DNA of 64,000 bases from Escherichia coli (GTDB taxonomy: Bacteria > Pseudomonadota > Gammaproteobacteria > Enterobacterales > Enterobacteriaceae): the NCBI RefSeq assembly GCF_030013205.1, contig NZ_CP122648.1; one strand, 5' to 3'. The first letter of the stretch is position 1. Every line of letters begins with the position of its first letter. The notes beneath the pieces were generated by a model, which saw nothing but the letters and a program-made list of their open reading frames with translations, was not told where the DNA came from and searched no databases. Of this stretch, positions 11,257-20,682 are shown piece by piece. The position numbers and the translations under genes are program-made.

Positions 11257-13683
11257 TTATATTTTTTCGATCTCGACCAGATTAGTGTGCTGCGGGTTTC
11301 CCTTCGCCAGTGGTGAAGGGCGCAGAGTGGTTAGCGTATTCACACAGCCGCCGTGGTCGATTTTATCGCCAGACATATTGGCCTCGTGCCAGGCTCCCTG
11401 GCCCATAGCGCTAACCCCAGGGAGAATGCGTGGTGTTACTTTGGCTGGTAGCCGAACTTCGCCACGATGGTTAAACACCCGCACCATATCGCCGTTGGCA
11501 ATCCCACGTTTCTGTGCGTCTATAGGGTTGATCCACACCTCCTGACGGCAGGCAGCCTTCAGGACATCAATGTTGCCGTAGGTCGAGTGAGTACGGGATT
11601 TGTAATGGAAACCAAACAGTTGCAGTGGAAAGGTACTACGTTCAGGGGAGTCCCAGCCTTCAAAGGTTGAGGCATAAACCGGCAGTGGGCTTATCACTTC
11701 ATCTTTTTCCAGTTCCCAGGTACGGGCAATTTCCGCCAGCTTGCTGGAATAAATTTCAATCTTACCGGAAGGCGTTTTAAGTGGATTTGCCTCGGGGTCG
11801 TCACGAAATGCTTTGTAGGCGACAAAATGACCATTAGGATCTTTACGCTTATAGATACCCATTTTTTTCAGTTCGTCGTAAGACGGTAACGCCGGATCTT
11901 TGGCAAGCATTTTGGCGTACAGATGTTGTAACCATTGTTCCTGCGTGCGACCTTCTGTGAACTTTTGATAGACGTCAGGTCCAAGACGTTTCGCGACCTC
12001 ACTCAGGATCCAGTAAATCGGTTTGCGTTCGAATTTTTCGCTGGTGACTGGCTGAAGGAAAATGAGATATCCCATGTTACCGGCGTAGTCGTTAGGAATA
12101 ATATCTTCCTGCTCAACGGTCATCAGGTCTGGCAGCAGAATGTCGGCATATTTTGCCGATGAGGTCATAAAGTTTTCGATGACCACAATCATTTCGCATT
12201 TCGATTCGTCCTGCAGAATTTCATGCGTTTTGTTGATGTCAGAATGCTGATTAACGAGGGTATTTCCCGCGTAGTTCCAGATGAACTTAATGGGCACATC
12301 CAGTTTATCTTTGCCGCGGACGCCGTCGCGGATTGCCGTCATTTGCGGGCCATGATCGATAGCATCTGTCCAGCTGAAGCAGGAGATTGACGTTTTGACC
12401 GGATTATCAAGCACCGGCAGGCGTTCTATGGTAATGGTATAGGTCGATTCACGCGCGCCACTATTTCCGCCGCTGATGCCGACATTGCCCGTCAGAATAG
12501 GCAACATCGCAATAGCGCGTGCAGTCAGCTCGCCGTTTGCCTGGCGTTGCGGTCCCCAGCCCTGACAGATATAAGCGGGTTTTGCTGTGCCAATTTCACG
12601 CGCCAGTTTGATGATACGGTCCACCGGGATACCGGTAATTTGCGAAGCCCACTGCGGCGTTTTCGCTGTTTTGTCGTCTCCTTCACCAAGAATATAGGCT
12701 TTATAGTGACCATTTTTTGGTGCATCTGCGGGTAAGGTTTTTTCGTCATAGCCGACGCAGTATTTATCGAGAAAAGGTTGATCAACGAGATTTTCGTTAA
12801 TCAATACCCAGGCAATACCCGCAACCAGCGCGGCATCGGTGCCCGGGCGAATAGGTAGCCATTCGTCTTCACGACCAGCAGCCGTATCGGTATATCGCGG
12901 ATCGATAACAATCATTTTTGCGTTCGATTTCTCTCGCGCTTTTTCAAGAAGATAAGTGATGCCACCGCCGCTCATGCGGGTTTCTGCCGGGTTGTTACCA
13001 AACATCACGACCAGCTTGCTGTTTTCAATATCCGTGGTGCTGTTGCCATCATTACTGCCGTAGGTGTAGGGCATGGCACAGGAAATTTGCGCGGTGCTGT
13101 AGGAGCCATACTGGTTGAGTGAACCGCCGTAGCAGTTCATCAGGCGTTTGACCGCCGAGGCTGATGGTGAAGAGCGGGTCATATTGCCGCCAACAATCCC
13201 CGAAGAGTACTGAATATATACAGCCTCATTGCCATATTGTTCGACGGTTTTTTTCAGGCTACTGGCGATAGTATCCAGGGCTTCATCCCAGCTAATCCGT
13301 TCGAATTTGCCTTCGCCGCGTTTGCCCACGCGTTTCATTGGGTAATTCAAGCGATCGGGATGATTAATACGCCGACGGATGGAGCGACCGCGCAAACAGG
13401 CACGTACTTGATGATTGCCATACTCGTCGTTGCCGGTGTTGTCAGTTTCCACCCAGGTCACTTCATTATCTTTAACATGCAGACGAAGTGCACAGCGGCT
13501 ACCACAGTTGACGGAACAGGCACCCCAGACCACTTTCTCGCTGGCCTGTTGTACCGCTGCCGCTGCACTGCGCAGGGTGAACGGTAAAGAAAAACCGCCT
13601 GCAGCCAGCGCCAGAGAACCTATCGCGGTAGATTTAACGAGTGTTCTGCGGCTGATGCCCACCATTTGTTCATTTTTGGACAT
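11257..13683 (-). CDS. ynfE: molybdopterin oxidoreductase catalytic subunit YnfE (selenate/DMSO reductase family)
   Basis: 808-aa ORF, twin-arginine signal (SRRTLVKSTAIG), collinear with ynfF along its length. Confidence 0.9.
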   Translation of the reverse strand: MSKNEQMVGISRRTLVKSTAIGSLALAAGGFSLPFTLRSAAAAVQQASEKVVWGACSVNCGSRCALRLHVKDNEVTWVETDNTGNDEYGNHQVRACLRGRSIRRRINHPDRLNYPMKRVGKRGEGKFERISWDEALDTIASSLKKTVEQYGNEAVYIQYSSGIVGGNMTRSSPSASAVKRLMNCYGGSLNQYGSYSTAQISCAMPYTYGSNDGNSTTDIENSKLVVMFGNNPAETRMSGGGITYLLEKAREKSNAKMIVIDPRYTDTAAGREDEWLPIRPGTDAALVAGIAWVLINENLVDQPFLDKYCVGYDEKTLPADAPKNGHYKAYILGEGDDKTAKTPQWASQITGIPVDRIIKLAREIGTAKPAYICQGWGPQRQANGELTARAIAMLPILTGNVGISGGNSGARESTYTITIERLPVLDNPVKTSISCFSWTDAIDHGPQMTAIRDGVRGKDKLDVPIKFIWNYAGNTLVNQHSDINKTHEILQDESKCEMIVVIENFMTSSAKYADILLPDLMTVEQEDIIPNDYAGNMGYLIFLQPVTSEKFERKPIYWILSEVAKRLGPDVYQKFTEGRTQEQWLQHLYAKMLAKDPALPSYDELKKMGIYKRKDPNGHFVAYKAFRDDPEANPLKTPSGKIEIYSSKLAEIARTWELEKDEVISPLPVYASTFEGWDSPERSTFPLQLFGFHYKSRTHSTYGNIDVLKAACRQEVWINPIDAQKRGIANGDMVRVFNHRGEVRLPAKVTPRILPGVSAMGQGAWHEANMSGDKIDHGGCVNTLTTLRPSPLAKGNPQHTNLVEIEKI

Positions 13684-13881
13684 AACTCACTCCCTGTTCT
13701 TTATCGTTATATAAAAGTTTATATATTGAATATTTAGCGCGCTAACAATAGAGGGGGTCTACCTATTTTGGGTTAAGAATTATTAATCCATATCAATAGA
13801 AGGGTATGAGTAATAAGGTGGGATTATGTTGTATGTTCAAATCGCCGGATGTGTCGTATCCGGCGTGCAGTCGATAATGTA

Positions 13882-14187
13882 TTACTGCGGTTCGGCAGGC
13901 GCGCCATCCTGGGTAGACTGCGCGGGAGCAGAGACGTTACCGCTGGTGGTGCGGGTGTAGAGAATTTTATGCGTATCATTAGCGCAATGCCCGACGACCT
14001 GGGAATCAGGCTGATCAACCTGGTCATTGGGTACAATACTTAACGTGAAGCTGCTTTCGGGAACGCCATTATTGATAATGCGCTGTGATATATCGCTCTG
14101 TATGCGCTCACAGGATCCCGGCGCGGCGAGTACCGCGGGTGAGGCGAGGGCGAGCAGAAGCGCGGCACAGCAGGTTGAGAGTTTCAT
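13882..14187 (-). CDS. ynfD: small secreted protein YnfD
   Basis: ORF 13882..14229; probable start at internal Met-Met (MKLSTCCAALLLALASPAVLA signal peptide); start coordinate accurate to about +/-3 nt. Confidence 0.7.
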   Translation of the reverse strand: MKLSTCCAALLLALASPAVLAAPGSCERIQSDISQRIINNGVPESSFTLSIVPNDQVDQPDSQVVGHCANDTHKILYTRTTSGNVSAPAQSTQDGAPAEPQ

Positions 14188-14294
14188 CATAAGCTCCTTA
14201 CGCGAAGATAACTTCTTTAAGCATAGCATTTAACGTGTAAAGTACTGTATTTGCTACTATGATTGAGAATCATCTCTACTCTCTGGTGACTGTT

Positions 14295-15005
14295 GTGAAA
14301 TACAAATTACTGCCATGCTTACTCGCGATATTCCTCACAGGATGTGACCGCACAGAGGTAACACTTTCATTTACCCCTGAGATGGCCAGTTTCTCTAATG
14401 AATTCGATTTTGATCCGCTGCGTGGTCCGGTAAAAGATTTCACTCAGACATTAATGGATGAGCAAGGTGAAGTGACGAAACGTGTTTCGGGGACTTTGTC
14501 GGAAGAAGGCTGTTTTGATTCACTCGAATTACTGGATCTGGAAAATAATACCGTGGTTGCCCTGGTACTGGACGCCAATTATTACCGTGATGCCCAGACA
14601 CTGGAGAAAAGAGTTCGTTTGCAGGGAAAATGCCAGCTAGCAGAATTACCTTCTGCAGGGGTGAGTTGGGAAACCGATGATAATGGCTTTGTGATTAAAG
14701 CCAGCAGCAAACAGATGCAGATGGAATATCGCTATGATGATCAGGGTTATCCGCTGGGTAAAACCACGAAAAGTAACGACAAAACATTATCTGTCAGCGC
14801 TACGCCATCAACGGATCCGATCAAAAAATTAGATTACACAGCGGTTACTTTACTGAATAATCAACGAGTTGGTAATGTAAAACAGAGCTGTGAATATGAC
14901 AGTCACGCCAATCCGGTGGACTGTCAGCTAATCATTGTTGATGAAGGAGTAAAACCCGCCGTCGAACGGGTTTACACCATCAAAAATACTATCGATTATT
15001 ATTAA
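14295..15005 (+). CDS. ynfC: lipoprotein YnfC (UPF0257)
   Basis: Lipobox LTGC after signal peptide; probable GTG start at 14295 (MKYKLLPCLL); ORF track gives a longer ATG start at 14259. Confidence 0.8.
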   Translation: MKYKLLPCLLAIFLTGCDRTEVTLSFTPEMASFSNEFDFDPLRGPVKDFTQTLMDEQGEVTKRVSGTLSEEGCFDSLELLDLENNTVVALVLDANYYRDAQTLEKRVRLQGKCQLAELPSAGVSWETDDNGFVIKASSKQMQMEYRYDDQGYPLGKTTKSNDKTLSVSATPSTDPIKKLDYTAVTLLNNQRVGNVKQSCEYDSHANPVDCQLIIVDEGVKPAVERVYTIKNTIDYY

Positions 15006-15007
15006 TG

Positions 15008-15568
15008 CTATTGTGCGGTCGGCTTCAGGAGAGTCTGACCCGGTGTTTTGTGCTCTGCCAGATACTGATGCTGGAATATGCACATGCGAATGGCATTCCG
15101 ATATTGACCATTAATAAAGAACTCATGCATCAATTCACCTTCAACCGTAAAGCCAAGCTTGCGGTAAATGTGAATCGCTTTTTCATTCTCTTTATCGACG
15201 ATCAGATACAGCTTATAGAGATTGAGAACGGTGAAGCCATAGTCCATTGCTAATTTTGCAGCACGGGTTGCCAGACCTTTCCCCTGATATTCCGGGGAGA
15301 TAATTATCTGAAATTCTGCGCGGCGATGAACATGGTTAATTTCCACCAGCTCCACCAGACCGGCTTTTTCGCCGTCACATTCCACCACAAAGCGCCGTTC
15401 GCTCTGATCGTGAATATGCTTATCGTACAGATCAGAGAGTTCAACAAAGGCTTCGTAGGGTTCCTCAAACCAGTAACGCATCACACTGGCGTTATTGTCG
15501 AGTTGATGTACATAGCGTAAATCTTCACGCTCCAGCGGGCGTAGCTTAACACTGTGGGCGCTTGGCAT
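15008..15568 (-). CDS. speG: spermidine N1-acetyltransferase SpeG
   Basis: 186-aa GNAT-fold ORF matching SpeG N-terminus [41 protein letters not shown]. Confidence 0.9.
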   Translation of the reverse strand: MPSAHSVKLRPLEREDLRYVHQLDNNASVMRYWFEEPYEAFVELSDLYDKHIHDQSERRFVVECDGEKAGLVELVEINHVHRRAEFQIIISPEYQGKGLATRAAKLAMDYGFTVLNLYKLYLIVDKENEKAIHIYRKLGFTVEGELMHEFFINGQYRNAIRMCIFQHQYLAEHKTPGQTLLKPTAQ

Positions 15569-15602
15569 AACGTGTCCTTACATTCCTTAAATCAATAACA
15601 GG

Positions 15603-15944
15603 TTAGGGGGTAATAACGCGGCCAGTTCGACGGTCCAGGCAGCGCAAAGTATTTGGCTCCCAGTAGGCATTGATGTTGGCGCTTTGCTCACATTTATCGC
15701 GGTTATCAAAAGCGGCGTCGGCTTTATCCCACTCTTTTTCAGTGCGTTTATTCACTTTCTGACGCAGATTGCGCGTGTCATTCCATTGCTCTTTTTCCAT
15801 AGCGGCGTGCTGGCGGCTTTGTGCACTGTCGCCAGACTCAATCACCAGTTTGTTAGTTTCGGCATGAACAGTTGTGCTCAATGCCATTGCGCAAGGCAGC
15901 AGAAAAGCGAGCAGGCCAATTCGTTTGCTGAGAGTAATTTTCAT
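15603..15944 (-). CDS. ynfB: UPF0482 secreted protein YnfB
   Basis: 113-aa ORF with signal peptide [28 protein letters not shown]. Confidence 0.85.
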   Translation of the reverse strand: MKITLSKRIGLLAFLLPCAMALSTTVHAETNKLVIESGDSAQSRQHAAMEKEQWNDTRNLRQKVNKRTEKEWDKADAAFDNRDKCEQSANINAYWEPNTLRCLDRRTGRVITP

Positions 15945-16078
15945 AATTCATTCCCTGTATGAATGATTAAAGGTGATTCTACACCATCCACTGCGAACGC
16001 AAAACGTACCAGGAGGATGTTTATATTGATGATATTATGTCGTCCTATAACTATACATGATGTCAATAAGTGACAAAG

Positions 16079-16405
16079 ATGATTAAAACAACGTTACTAT
16101 TTTTTGCTACTGCGCTGTGTGAAATTATTGGATGCTTTCTGCCCTGGTTGTGGTTAAAACGAAACGCCAGTATCTGGCTGTTGCTTCCGGCGGGGATTTC
16201 TCTGGCACTGTTTGTCTGGTTGTTAACGTTGCATCCTGCGGCGAGTGGGCGTGTTTACGCGGCTTATGGTGGCGTTTATGTCTGCACGGCGTTGATTTGG
16301 CTGCGTGTTGTGGATGGCGTGAAACTGAGTCTTTATGACTGGACGGGGGCGTTGATTGCGCTTTGCGGCATGTTGATCATTGTTGCGGGCTGGGGGCGCG
16401 CGTAA
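16079..16405 (+). CDS. ynfA: UPF0060 inner-membrane protein YnfA
   Basis: ORF 16070..16405; start at ATG 16079 ([26 protein letters not shown]), 108 aa, 4 TM. Confidence 0.85.
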
Positions 16406-16610
16406 GGACATAAATCCATTTTATCAATAAGATACAAGGAAGTGTCAGCTGACAAAAGATATTCTATTTCATCTTTTGTCAACCATTCACGGCGCAAATA
16501 TACGCCTTTTTTTGTGATCACTCCGGCTTTTTTTGATCTTTATGCTTGTATGGTAGTAGCTCAGTTGCGTAGATTTCATGCATCACGACAAGCGATGCAA
16601 GGAATCGAAC

Positions 16611-17825
16611 ATGAAGATCGTAAAGGCTGAAGTTTTTGTTACCTGTCCGGGGCGTAATTTCGTCACATTAAAAATCACCACTGAGGACGGTATTACGGGC
16701 CTTGGGGATGCCACCCTCAATGGACGTGAGCTTTCCGTGGCCTCTTATTTGCAGGATCACCTTTGTCCGCAGCTTATTGGTCGCGATGCGCACCGTATCG
16801 AAGATATCTGGCAGTTTTTCTATAAAGGTGCTTACTGGCGTCGCGGTCCGGTTACGATGTCGGCCATTTCAGCGGTTGATATGGCGCTGTGGGATATTAA
16901 AGCCAAAGCTGCCAACATGCCGCTTTACCAGTTACTCGGCGGCGCGTCTCGTGAAGGGGTGATGGTTTATTGCCATACCACCGGTCACAGTATTGATGAA
17001 GCTCTGGATGATTATGCTCGTCATCAGGAGCTGGGATTCAAAGCCATCCGCGTGCAGTGCGGAATCCCTGGTATGAAAACCACCTACGGCATGTCGAAAG
17101 GTAAAGGTCTGGCTTATGAACCCGCAACCAAAGGACAGTGGCCGGAAGAGCAGCTGTGGTCGACGGAGAAATACCTCGATTTCATGCCGAAATTGTTTGA
17201 CGCGGTACGTAACAAGTTTGGTTTTAATGAACATTTGCTGCATGACATGCACCATCGCTTAACGCCTATTGAAGCGGCGCGCTTTGGTAAAAGCATTGAA
17301 GATTATCGCATGTTCTGGATGGAAGACCCGACGCCTGCGGAAAACCAGGAATGCTTCCGTCTCATTCGCCAACATACCGTCACACCCATCGCGGTGGGTG
17401 AAGTCTTCAACAGCATCTGGGACTGCAAGCAACTGATTGAAGAGCAACTTATCGATTATATCCGCACCACGCTGACCCATGCAGGCGGAATTACCGGTAT
17501 GCGCCGGATTGCCGATTTTGCTTCGTTGTATCAGGTACGTACTGGCTCACACGGTCCTTCCGATTTGTCACCAGTCTGCATGGCTGCGGCGCTGCACTTT
17601 GATCTGTGGGTCCCCAATTTCGGTGTCCAGGAGTACATGGGTTATTCCGAACAAATGCTTGAAGTCTTCCCGCACAACTGGACTTTCGATAACGGCTATA
17701 TGCATCCGGGAGACAAACCGGGTCTTGGCATCGAATTCGATGAAAAGCTGGCGGCGAAATATCCCTATGAACCTGCTTATCTGCCAGTCGCACGTCTGGA
17801 AGATGGCACGCTGTGGAACTGGTAA
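16611..17825 (+). CDS. rspA: starvation-sensing protein RspA (mannonate dehydratase/enolase superfamily)
   Basis: ORF 16578..17825; ATG at 16611 preceded by AAGGAA; [24 protein letters not shown] enolase-type N-terminus. Confidence 0.9.
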
Positions 17826-17836
17826 GGAGTAAGATA

Positions 17837-18856
17837 ATGAAAAGCATTTTAATTGAAAAACCGAATCAACTGGCAATTATCGAACGCGAAATACCCACCC
17901 CGTCAGCGGGTGAAGTACGAGTAAAAGTGAAACTTGCCGGAATTTGTGGTTCAGATAGCCATATTTATCGTGGGCATAATCCTTTTGCGAAATATCCGCG
18001 CGTCATTGGTCATGAATTCTTTGGCGTCATTGATGCAGTGGGTGAAGGCGTGGAAAGCGCCAGAGTCGGTGAACGCGTTGCTGTCGATCCGGTGGTCAGC
18101 TGTGGGCATTGCTATCCGTGCTCTATAGGTAAGCCGAACGTTTGTACGACACTGGCTGTATTAGGTGTGCACGCTGACGGTGGTTTCAGTGAATATGCCG
18201 TGGTGCCGGCAAAAAATGCGTGGAAAATTCCTGAAGCAGTGGCCGATCAATATGCGGTGATGATCGAACCTTTTACCATTGCGGCTAACGTAACCGGACA
18301 TGGTCAACCGACTGAAAATGATACCGTTCTGGTTTACGGTGCCGGTCCAATCGGCCTGACGATCGTTCAGGTATTAAAAGGCGTCTATAACGTTAAAAAT
18401 GTGATTGTTGCCGATCGCATTGATGAACGACTGGAAAAAGCGAAAGAGAGCGGGGCAGACTGGGCGATTAATAACAGCCAGACACCGCTTGGCGAGATTT
18501 TCGCTGAAAAAGGCATCAAGCCGACATTAATTATCGATGCGGCTTGTCATCCTTCTATCCTGAAAGAGGCTGTAACGCTGGCTTCTCCGGCGGCACGTAT
18601 TGTATTGATGGGGTTCTCCAGTGAACCGTCTGAAGTGATTCAGCAAGGAATTACCGGAAAAGAACTCTCTATTTTTTCTTCACGCTTAAATGCAAATAAA
18701 TTCCCGGTCGTTATCGACTGGTTAAGTAAAGGGTTAATTAAACCAGAAAAATTAATTACCCATATGTTTGATTTCCAGCATGTTGCTGATGCCATTAGTT
18801 TATTTGAACAGGATCAAAAACATTGCTGCAAAGTCTTACTCACTTTTTCTGAATAA
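17837..18856 (+). CDS. rspB: Zn-dependent alcohol dehydrogenase family protein RspB
   Basis: ORF 17813..18856; ATG at 17837 after GGTAAGGAG; GHEFFG and CGHCYPC zinc motifs. Confidence 0.9.
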   Translation: MKSILIEKPNQLAIIEREIPTPSAGEVRVKVKLAGICGSDSHIYRGHNPFAKYPRVIGHEFFGVIDAVGEGVESARVGERVAVDPVVSCGHCYPCSIGKPNVCTTLAVLGVHADGGFSEYAVVPAKNAWKIPEAVADQYAVMIEPFTIAANVTGHGQPTENDTVLVYGAGPIGLTIVQVLKGVYNVKNVIVADRIDERLEKAKESGADWAINNSQTPLGEIFAEKGIKPTLIIDAACHPSILKEAVTLASPAARIVLMGFSSEPSEVIQQGITGKELSIFSSRLNANKFPVVIDWLSKGLIKPEKLITHMFDFQHVADAISLFEQDQKHCCKVLLTFSE

Positions 18857-18913
18857 TACCAATAACGGCGAGTAAGTAGTACGCATCTTACCTCTTTTTT
18901 AGAGATAACCATT

Positions 18914-19024
18914 ATGACAATAGAAAAACACGAAAGAAGCACTAAGGATTTGGTGAAAGCAGCAGTATCGGGATGGCTGGGCACTGCGCTTGAATTTATG
19001 GATTTCAAGAGTCATGCGTGTTAA
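18914..19024 (+). pseudogene. ydfJ: 5' fragment of ydfJ (first ~29 codons) severed by prophage insertion
   Basis: MTIEKHERSTKDLVKAAVSGWLGTALEFMDF then reads into prophage DNA (KSHAC*); the continuation MDFQLYSLGAALVF... is found at 46503. Confidence 0.65.
18992..19006. repeat. prophage attachment-site core repeat, int-proximal copy (gaatttatggatttc)
   Basis: ttatggatttc is repeated at 46501..46511 exactly where the two ydfJ halves break. Confidence 0.55.
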
Positions 19025-19043
19025 CTATTTGATAAATATTAAA

Positions 19044-20339
19044 TTAATTTTTCATTGCTTCGTTATGGGGCATGGTTGGGGCAAACTCGCTTAACTGTGT
19101 ATTTAACAAAGCTACCTGTGCATTATTGTTTTCAGACATCCATTTTCCGTATACCTGAAATACCATTTGCGCATCTGCATGGCCCATCTGGTTTGCTATA
19201 AATGCCGGGTTAGCACCAGCTGTCAGCGACCAGCAGGCATAAGTATGTCTCGACTGATATGATTTTCGATGGCGGAGTCCGGCACGTTTTATCGCTGCGT
19301 CCCACATCTGCCTTATTGAGTCAACGGTAAAATGGTCACCATAATTTTTTACTCTCGCTGACACTTCAGGTTGAAAAACAAAGGTGCATTTTTGTTTTTC
19401 TGTTCTGCCATACTCTCTGAGGTGAACATCAATGATATGCTCTTTGCTCAGTCTCGTTAATGTCATCTGACTCCGGAGAGCGTCGATTGCTGGCTTAATA
19501 AGATGAATGACCCGATTGGTTCCCGCCTGTGTTTTTGGTACCGTGAAACGGTCTTTTGCTAAATTTCTCCTGATCATCATTGTTCCATTTTTCAGATCTA
19601 TGTCCTCCCATCCAAGTGCACACAGCTCACCAGGGCGAACTCCAGTATAAACAGAAACACACCATAAATTTTTTGCTTGCTGATTTCTGCACGCATCGAT
19701 AAGACGGATAAATTCTTCCCGCGAAAGAGGATCCGGAATGGTTCTTGATTCCTTTAATGGCGAGATCCCCTTAAACGGATTATCTGCCAGGTAACCGTTA
19801 TCAACACCAAACTGGAACACGGCGTTAAGATTTGTCATGTAATTATTTACAGTTACAGCCGATCTCCCTGGTTGTGTAACAATATAGTTACTTTTGGGGA
19901 TCTGGTATCCAGTCAGTAACTCTTTACGAACCTCCAGTAATTTTTCTTTATTAATCGATGAGGCAAGATTTTTTTCACCGATTATGCTCAGGATATTTTT
20001 GATGACGGCACGGTATGTGTTGAGTGATGTTTTGGCGACTTCAGTTTCTTTCAGTGCCAGAAATTTTTCAGCCAGTTCTTTTATGGTTAAATCTTGTCGG
20101 GCCTCACCAAATTTTTCCAGATTGCGTGAGGAGGGAAACTGTTTTGCATAGTCGAAAACACCAGTTTTTATTGCGTAACAAACAGAGGAGCGTAGTTCAC
20201 CTGCAACGCGCCTGTTTTTTGCTGTGTCAGGAACCCCCAGATTTTCCCTGACTCTTACGTCTTTATAAACAAACCAGATACGTAATTTCCCTCCATGGTT
20301 TTCCACGCCTGTCGGATATTTCATTTCAACTTCTCTCAT
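19044..20339 (-). CDS. intQ: tyrosine-type phage integrase (apparently intact)
   Basis: 431-aa ORF adjacent to att core, with C-terminal catalytic R...HxxR...Y-type region (RHRKSYQSRHTYACW); internal ATG at 20324 (MKYPTGV) may be the true start. Confidence 0.85.
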   Translation of the reverse strand: MREVEMKYPTGVENHGGKLRIWFVYKDVRVRENLGVPDTAKNRRVAGELRSSVCYAIKTGVFDYAKQFPSSRNLEKFGEARQDLTIKELAEKFLALKETEVAKTSLNTYRAVIKNILSIIGEKNLASSINKEKLLEVRKELLTGYQIPKSNYIVTQPGRSAVTVNNYMTNLNAVFQFGVDNGYLADNPFKGISPLKESRTIPDPLSREEFIRLIDACRNQQAKNLWCVSVYTGVRPGELCALGWEDIDLKNGTMMIRRNLAKDRFTVPKTQAGTNRVIHLIKPAIDALRSQMTLTRLSKEHIIDVHLREYGRTEKQKCTFVFQPEVSARVKNYGDHFTVDSIRQMWDAAIKRAGLRHRKSYQSRHTYACWSLTAGANPAFIANQMGHADAQMVFQVYGKWMSENNNAQVALLNTQLSEFAPTMPHNEAMKN

Positions 20340-20358
20340 TAGTTAGTGTGGCTTTTAG

Positions 20359-20610
20359 TCAAGTAAGATGACGTCTTGGTCTCGCTGATGCCTGGCGCTC
20401 AATCCAGCGATCAATTTCTTCCAGGTTGTAAAAGCATGGACTGTTATCCCATGGCATACCGTCATGAGCGACATGCTTATATTCCCTTCCTTCCATAAAC
20501 GATTTTTCCCGGGCCTTTTTTAACGTACCTTTTTTTATTCCTTTCAGCGCAATTAACTGCTCTTCGGATACCCATTTGCCGGGAGAGACAATCATGATTA
20601 CTTCGCTCAT
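20359..20610 (-). CDS. excisionase-like small DNA-binding protein
   Basis: 83-aa ORF immediately upstream of int in the same orientation; basic N-terminal region. Confidence 0.7.
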   Translation of the reverse strand: MSEVIMIVSPGKWVSEEQLIALKGIKKGTLKKAREKSFMEGREYKHVAHDGMPWDNSPCFYNLEEIDRWIERQASARPRRHLT

Positions 20611-20682
20611 CGATTTCTTTATCTCTTACATCAGACGAGCGCCGGTTGCAGAATACCAGTCACAACCGGCGACAGTTGAACA

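Noticed and set aside
9205-13714. Numerous 60-190-aa + strand ORFs inside ynfF and ynfE
   Set aside because: Antisense to long, motif-supported molybdoenzyme genes; no ribosome-binding sites or domain signatures.
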